64,000 nucleotides of DNA, taken from the NCBI GenBank assembly GCA_019352195.1, contig JACAFG010000001.1, positions 130,485 through 194,484 on the forward strand. Reading direction: 5' to 3'. Positions within the stretch are counted from its first letter, which is position 1, and every line of letters begins with the position of its first letter. Below the pieces are notes generated by a model that did not search any database, was not told the DNA's origin, and saw only the letters and a list, made by a program, of their open reading frames with translations. Position numbers and translations under genes: made by a program. Of the stretch, positions 58,916-64,000 are shown piece after piece. The DNA comes from Candidatus Saccharimonadota bacterium (GTDB taxonomy: Bacteria > Patescibacteriota > Saccharimonadia > UBA4664).

Positions 58916-58945
58916 GCTAAGGCAAATAATGCTACACTTGTCTCT

Positions 58946-59398
58946 ATGACTATCACTCGTATTATTAAGGGCACCTACCGCGAGCTAATCTATCATCAGC
59001 GACGCGAAGTCACGTTTTGGATCTTGGTCACATTTTTGCCAACCTTTGGCATCGCTAGATTTGTCGTTCACACAGATCCGACGCTCTATTTCAATTATCA
59101 CGGTACACACGTTCACCACTTCACCTACGGCATCGTCTTGTTGACGATCGCAGGTTATGCCGGTCTCGTGGTGCCTCAGCGCACCAAGCCGTATGTGGCT
59201 GCGCTCTACGGCATTGGTCTTGCCCTGGCGTTTGACGAATTTGTCATCTGGCTACACCTCAACGCCACCTACAATTCCGATGGCTCCACTGACGCCGTGG
59301 TACTGATAACAATCTTTTTGGTAGGCGTTGTCTACTTCCAAGATGTTGCCAGAGCCATAATCCGCCGGCTCTGGCGCGGTACCAAGCTTGAAAAATAG
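58946..59398 (+). CDS. Hypothetical membrane protein (4 TM)
   Basis: Hydrophobic helices; 150 aa. Confidence 0.4.
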   Translation: MTITRIIKGTYRELIYHQRREVTFWILVTFLPTFGIARFVVHTDPTLYFNYHGTHVHHFTYGIVLLTIAGYAGLVVPQRTKPYVAALYGIGLALAFDEFVIWLHLNATYNSDGSTDAVVLITIFLVGVVYFQDVARAIIRRLWRGTKLEK

Positions 59399-59453
59399 CC
59401 TCAAAACGGCTAATATTTACAAGTTCGACTCTAGGTGAGCCGACTACAACTAT

Positions 59454-59528
59454 TGGGATGTGGCCAAGCGGTAAGGCGTCTGATTCTGGCTCAGAAGATC
59501 GTAGGTTCGAATCCTACCATCCCAGCCA
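59454..59528 (+). tRNA. tRNA-Gln (anticodon CTG)
   Basis: Acceptor TGGGATG/CATCCCA with U1-A72, anticodon stem TCTGA/TCAGA with loop TTCTGGC, T-arm GTAGGTTCGAATCCTAC, discriminator G, CCA encoded. Confidence 0.8.
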
Positions 59529-61112
59529 TTTAGTTTTTATACCCGCAATAGCGGCAGTTTTCTCCTCAGCAGAGCCAGAATCTGAGGTTCTAACCATTTC
59601 ATATTCAGCCTTGAGCGCCGGTAGGCCTTTTTGGATAGGAATAAGCCACTCAAAAGGCATTAATTCGATTTTCCCGCCGTAAAGTGTTGGGTTTGAACCC
59701 AGCGCCAGTAATATGTCGCGCTTGGCGGTAATATCGCCTTTCTCAAACCGCTCTCGGCCATGAGCGATCACATCAATCGTCTTGTGCAGACCTTCACGCC
59801 AACTGGCCGCCCGATTTGTGGTGTCGGCGACATTATCTTCCATATCCTTGATCTGGCTCAATAGAGCTTTCGATTTTTCCTTAAACACCTCGTCCCGGAT
59901 TAGCTCTTTGCTAGCCATGTCGATCAATTTGTCATGCTGTTGGCGCATTTGCTGCAAGGTAGAAAACTGCGTATTTTCAATAGCTTTTCGCTCTTCTGCT
60001 TCGGAGCCGTTCATTTCCTTAATAGCTTCGAGTGCCCACTCCTCAAATTGAGGATGAATTGTGTAGCTATCGAGCAAAGCGTCTAATTGGCCGGCAAGAT
60101 TCTTTTCCTCTACCGTTTTGCGGTTATCGCATGGACGCTTGCGCGTGCAGTGATAGTAGATGTAATGCAGCACAGTGCCGTTCTTCAGCCTCTTATATTT
60201 GTCTTGGGCAGTTACGCTACAACCGCACTCCTTGCAGAAGAGGAAGCCTCGATAAGCAAACTCTTTAACTACCGATTGTCGGGGCTTGCCCTTATTGCCG
60301 AGAATGATCTGCGCCTTATCATACTCTTCCATAGTGACCATCGCGGGGTAGTTGGCTTTTTCGTACTCGCCGAGCTTACCAGGTACAGGTATTAGCCCTG
60401 TATACCGAATATTAGTAAATAGGAGATAGAGAGTGCTACGGGTCATAGGCGTACCGCCAGACCTGCGGCGTACCGGCGTACGGTAGCCCCATTCATCATT
60501 CGCTATTTTCTGTATCATCGGCACGCTGTAATTTCCGGAAAGAAGCATGTCCCACATCTTCCGTATTAGCGCATGCCGATCTTCATCAGCAATAATGATG
60601 CCCTGGTCAGGGTTATTAGGGTTTCGGGCATTCAAGTAACCTGGGAGTGCCCTATAAGTTAACCAACCATTCTTGCGCTGCTGTTCGTTGCCACGCTTAA
60701 CATCCACACTGAGCTTAGCCGAGTAATACTGTGACTGACTCATCATGCTTTGCAGCATCATGATACCGTCCGGCGAATTGTTGAAATGATAGGAACCAAA
60801 TTTGAGGTCTTGGATAAATCCACGCCGTATTGCGTAGGTGATGTTGGCGGCGTCAATCTCATTGCGGGATAGGCGGTCAGGGTGCCATGACAAAATACCA
60901 TCAGCTTCGCCGTTCTTGATCATATCCATGACCTTGGCGAAGACAGGTCGGCCCGGCTCAAATGCGCTGCGGCTTTCCTCTAGTGTGGCAACTATTTTGA
61001 TGCCCGGAAACATCTCCCTCAGCTTGCGTGCCTGGGCGGGGATTGATAAGCTCTGTCGCTCAGCGTCTTCGGACGATTTACGAGCGTATAAAATGTAGCG
61101 AAGTGAATTCAT
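59514..61112 (-). mobile_element. Large serine recombinase (integrase) gene abutting and overlapping the tRNA-Gln 3' end
   Basis: N-terminal resolvase catalytic domain YARKSS...(S nucleophile), DGILSWHPDRLSR, a recombinase domain, and a Cys-rich zinc ribbon (CKECGC...C). About 532 aa. The 3' end overlaps tRNA-Gln by about 15 nt. Confidence 0.8.
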
Positions 61113-61261
61113 ATTTATTCCCAAAAACCTAAAGGGCGACTCGGTTGTTGACACAGTCCATAGCAAGAAGCTATTTCCTGATACCGAGCCGCCCTTACGG
61201 GCCGGGAAATAAAAACACTTCTCGCAAATTTATGGACCGTGTCAACGTTCACATTGTACCA

Positions 61262-62668
61262 TTAGTGGCCAAAAAAGAACTTCCGGGCTTCATCGTCCAG
61301 GCTATCAAGCGCCCCACTACCCGACCCTATATTGTTTGCATCGCGAGGGTCATTTCCTTCCGGGAACCACTTAGGAAAGATATGTGGACTGCGTTTATCG
61401 CTACCTTCGATATCTGGTTTTCGCTCCTCAATCAGACCAGAACCTCTTAGTTGTGGAAGAATTTCTTTTCGAAGTCTCTCATCATTGAGCATTGAACGAT
61501 TTTTACGATAATGCTGATCCGCAACCTCCTTCCGGGTTACGCCTATTTTGTCTGTTTTTATATGTTCGGAGATATCAGGGTCATTCGCCTTATTGAGATA
61601 AATGAACAATACAAAGTCCTTGTAAAAGTCTATCAAGGCAGGTGGGACGTTCAAATCTTGGCTTTCAGCAAGGCTTTCCCATAGTACGAATGCTTGATCA
61701 ACGTCATTCTGGTTAGCGACTATAGTCCCGTCTTGCTGTCGCCGAAACCATACATTCAGCAAAGCAATGGCCTTGATGAGCTGCTGTATATGCGCAATAT
61801 CCCGCTGATGGCGTGCCTTTAGCTTAGGGAATGTTTTGAGAAAACGCTGCTCGATAGCTTCTGGATTAATAAGGATGATATTGTCAACGTGAGCTTGCCG
61901 AATTGCTAAAATCCGCTCAATTAACGCCCTACGCTTTGGATTTGCCTCTAGTTGATTATCAAACTCGATTGCATTTGCGCCGCGCTCTGATTGCAAATGT
62001 ATGCCCGCTCGAATCTTTTCATCGGTGACTTCCGAACTTAGCATTATCGCCCGGGTAGCATCTTGTTCATCGAGTCGCATACTTGCAGAGCAAAATACTG
62101 TTGCCGGATAACCACGTAGAATGACACACTCAACGTGGTTAGACCCCTTGTTGTTCCGGTTTGTGAAACGGTATTCAAGCTCCCATTTATCATGTGACAG
62201 AAGTGGGCGCAATTTGGTCTGCACTAGGGAATTTGATTGCTCTGACAGGATAAGTATTTTGCGTTCAAACTCTATAACTTTAGCCTTCAGGATTTTATCC
62301 TTTTTGCCCTCGCCATAGAAAAGTGATGTAGGCGTTGCGCCGCTTAATTCAATTTTATCTTTGGTCGGAAAAAGCTTTGCGACTTCAGTTGTGGTGTAAG
62401 TCTTGCCCGAAGAGCTTTGCGAATTGAAGCTGATATTGATTTGGTCATCTTTGGTATACGCGGAAAGCATGCACAGCAGAGTAAGTACTTTGTTAACGTA
62501 ATCTTCCTTTATTGTTAAGGACAGGACTTCCGCAACCTCATCCAGACTTGTTTCGCGAAATTGTGAAGTATCAATTATGGGCATCTCTTCGGCTTGTTCT
62601 GCGACGGAAGCGACTTGCTCCGTGGAGTCGCCGTTGCTAGGTAATTTGGTGGGGCTGTTCTCATTCAT
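61262..62668 (-). CDS. P-loop NTPase, putative replication-initiation/primase-helicase-like protein of the integrated element
   Basis: Walker A-like NSQSSSGKTYTT. About 468 aa, located next to the integrase. Start set to the ATG overlapping the upstream small ORF. Confidence 0.35.
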   Translation of the reverse strand: MNENSPTKLPSNGDSTEQVASVAEQAEEMPIIDTSQFRETSLDEVAEVLSLTIKEDYVNKVLTLLCMLSAYTKDDQINISFNSQSSSGKTYTTTEVAKLFPTKDKIELSGATPTSLFYGEGKKDKILKAKVIEFERKILILSEQSNSLVQTKLRPLLSHDKWELEYRFTNRNNKGSNHVECVILRGYPATVFCSASMRLDEQDATRAIMLSSEVTDEKIRAGIHLQSERGANAIEFDNQLEANPKRRALIERILAIRQAHVDNIILINPEAIEQRFLKTFPKLKARHQRDIAHIQQLIKAIALLNVWFRRQQDGTIVANQNDVDQAFVLWESLAESQDLNVPPALIDFYKDFVLFIYLNKANDPDISEHIKTDKIGVTRKEVADQHYRKNRSMLNDERLRKEILPQLRGSGLIEERKPDIEGSDKRSPHIFPKWFPEGNDPRDANNIGSGSGALDSLDDEARKFFFGH

Positions 62669-62834
62669 GATTAATATCCATCTTATTAACTTCCTTCTCT
62701 CGTTGAGTCTTTGCGACCACGAAGCGTACAATAGCCGCTCCGGCCTCTTGAGCCTGTTCGCTGGTGTACTCCAGCCCATACAGTTCTTTGAGGAGTTTCC
62801 GAAGGCTAGTGATGCGCTCGCTGCTCAGCCTCAT
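62661..62834 (-). CDS. Small (57 aa) hypothetical protein of the integrated element
   Basis: ORF MRLSSERITSLRKLLKELYGLEYTSEQAQEAGAAIVRFV... translationally coupled (ATGAATGA overlap) to the P-loop gene. Not in the ORF track. Confidence 0.3.
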   Translation of the reverse strand: MRLSSERITSLRKLLKELYGLEYTSEQAQEAGAAIVRFVVAKTQREKEVNKMDINHE

Positions 62835-62836
62835 GG

Positions 62837-63103
62837 TTACTTACCGGCGTAAATCCGGCCCTTTAGCGCCTTGATGTTGTCGAAATAGGTACGCGCATCA
62901 ACTTGTAAGCGGCCCTCAAAATACTCATCCCAATTACCCTGAACATCGTCATCATCAGAAAAAATGAACGAGGCTCTTCCTTTCTTATCGCGACTGATTT
63001 TCTCAAGTTTGCACTTGGTAGTGATCAAAGCTGCTGCTAATCCTAAGTCGGTAGTGCTAATTGCCCCTCCATACATTTCATCGAATAGATCATCCACATC
63101 CAT
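62837..63103 (-). CDS. Hypothetical acidic small protein of the integrated element
   Basis: 88-aa ORF. Confidence 0.3.
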   Translation of the reverse strand: MDVDDLFDEMYGGAISTTDLGLAAALITTKCKLEKISRDKKGRASFIFSDDDDVQGNWDEYFEGRLQVDARTYFDNIKALKGRIYAGK

Positions 63104-63199
63104 GGTTGCCGCTCCAAAATTAAAAACACCCCCATCGTATTTGGGGGTATTCTGTCAGTTGTCAGTAAGAAGTCAGTGGACTAGCAGACTACTGGCTTG

Positions 63200-63949
63200 C
63201 TACTTGATTTCGAGACGCCAGCCCTCGCGGGGAACGTTTTCGATGCAATCTTTGCCGATCACTCTTTTGAGCTTTGTGTGAACGGCCCAAATGAGTTTGC
63301 GCAACGTAGCATCCTTATCTGGGTAATGCTCGCGAGTAAATACGTCTGGATTGTTAGTAAAAGCATCCTTAGTCAGGAGCCTTTCCGGGTTGTCTAGAAA
63401 TACAAACATTACTTGCTGTTCTTGGAAGGTAAAGGGGATTGGTGTACCTCTGTAACTTATCCGATTATCGCTATCAACAGCTACGCCCTTATACTCCTCA
63501 TGCTCACTCTCATCATCCAATGCTGCTATGGCGGGTTTTACAGACCTGGCTTGGGCCGCGACGAGCTGCTGCACCGGCTTGGCCTTAATCTCAAGCTCGG
63601 CAAATGCGATGGTGCCGGCGTGCCTATATGACAGCCCGGCGGCGATACTACCCACGCTGTCGTCATACCCCATACCCACAAGCCACACATCACCTGTCAC
63701 TAGTTGATGGGCAAGGATAAGCTCCCAGAATGTGGCGCCGGGTACAACTGACGATTTTATAATTGGGCGATACCCATGCTGCGGATAATCTTGGACGGCG
63801 GCCCGCCAGAGCTTCATCTGTTGGCTCGCAAAATTCTCCGGTCTGGTCTCCCTTCCGGTCGTGAGCTTGTCCTCACTGTACTTTTCAAGATATGCAGTTA
63901 GCTCATCAGTAAACTTTTGCCTATTGATATCAGTTAGCGTAAATAGCAA
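63200..63949 (-). CDS. Protein with C-terminal OmpR/PhoB-type winged-helix DNA-binding (Trans_reg_C-like) domain and novel N-domain
   Basis: The C-terminus FTFQEQQVMFVFLDNPERLLTKDAF...ATLRKLIWAVHTKLKRVIGKDCIENVPREGWRL follows the Trans_reg_C pattern. There is no receiver domain. Confidence 0.45.
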   Translation of the reverse strand: MLFTLTDINRQKFTDELTAYLEKYSEDKLTTGRETRPENFASQQMKLWRAAVQDYPQHGYRPIIKSSVVPGATFWELILAHQLVTGDVWLVGMGYDDSVGSIAAGLSYRHAGTIAFAELEIKAKPVQQLVAAQARSVKPAIAALDDESEHEEYKGVAVDSDNRISYRGTPIPFTFQEQQVMFVFLDNPERLLTKDAFTNNPDVFTREHYPDKDATLRKLIWAVHTKLKRVIGKDCIENVPREGWRLEIK

Positions 63950-64000
63950 GTACCGCTTAGCTTCATTGGGTAGCGTTTCAACTTCGGCTGTAGTGAGCGG

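Overview
This looks like a chromosomal segment from a small-genome bacterium, with short genes, a C-terminally truncated AlaRS and a short hinge-less SMC. I infer a Patescibacteria/Saccharibacteria-like organism, possibly with Actinobacteria-like horizontally acquired genes, but that lineage call is inference only. The genetic code is standard: TAG, TAA and TGA all terminate well-supported genes. Roughly 80% of the window is housekeeping backbone. Named core genes are metG (3' part), tatD, cysteine desulfurase, mnmA, alaS, pyrH, ftsA-like, ruvX/yqgF, mltG, obg, murA, murF, leuS, yceD-rpmF, nusB, rnc, smc, rpsP-KH-trmD, and a sodN-sodX nickel superoxide dismutase pair. There are three tRNAs: Ala-CGC, Ala-GGC and Gln-CTG. 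Each tRNA sits next to an accessory region. (1) A GC-rich islet lies downstream of tRNA-Ala(CGC), with a duplicated HTH-gene fragment flanking a surface Ig-like protein gene. (2) An array of three direct repeats lies downstream of tRNA-Ala(GGC). Each repeat re-creates the tRNA 3' end (atgctccacca) and is followed by an intrinsic terminator. The repeats delimit small gene cassettes, one of which is a tight vWA-domain plus membrane-anchored J-domain gene pair. I consider this the best candidate for an undescribed system. (3) A large serine recombinase gene abuts tRNA-Gln and is followed by a P-loop replication-like protein and an OmpR-type winged-helix protein; this island runs off the window end. 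In addition, an IS1595-family transposase is inserted between smc and rpsP. LeuRS carries two NUDIX-fold insertions in its CP1/editing region, one with an intact Nudix box and one degenerate. Four tandem paralogous small TM-anchored, Pro/Thr-rich proteins occur at 10.7-12.4 kb. A right-handed beta-helix protein gene is interrupted by an in-frame TAG. Several in-frame tandem repeats occur in coding regions. rpmF (L32, GTG start) is missing from the supplied ORF track.
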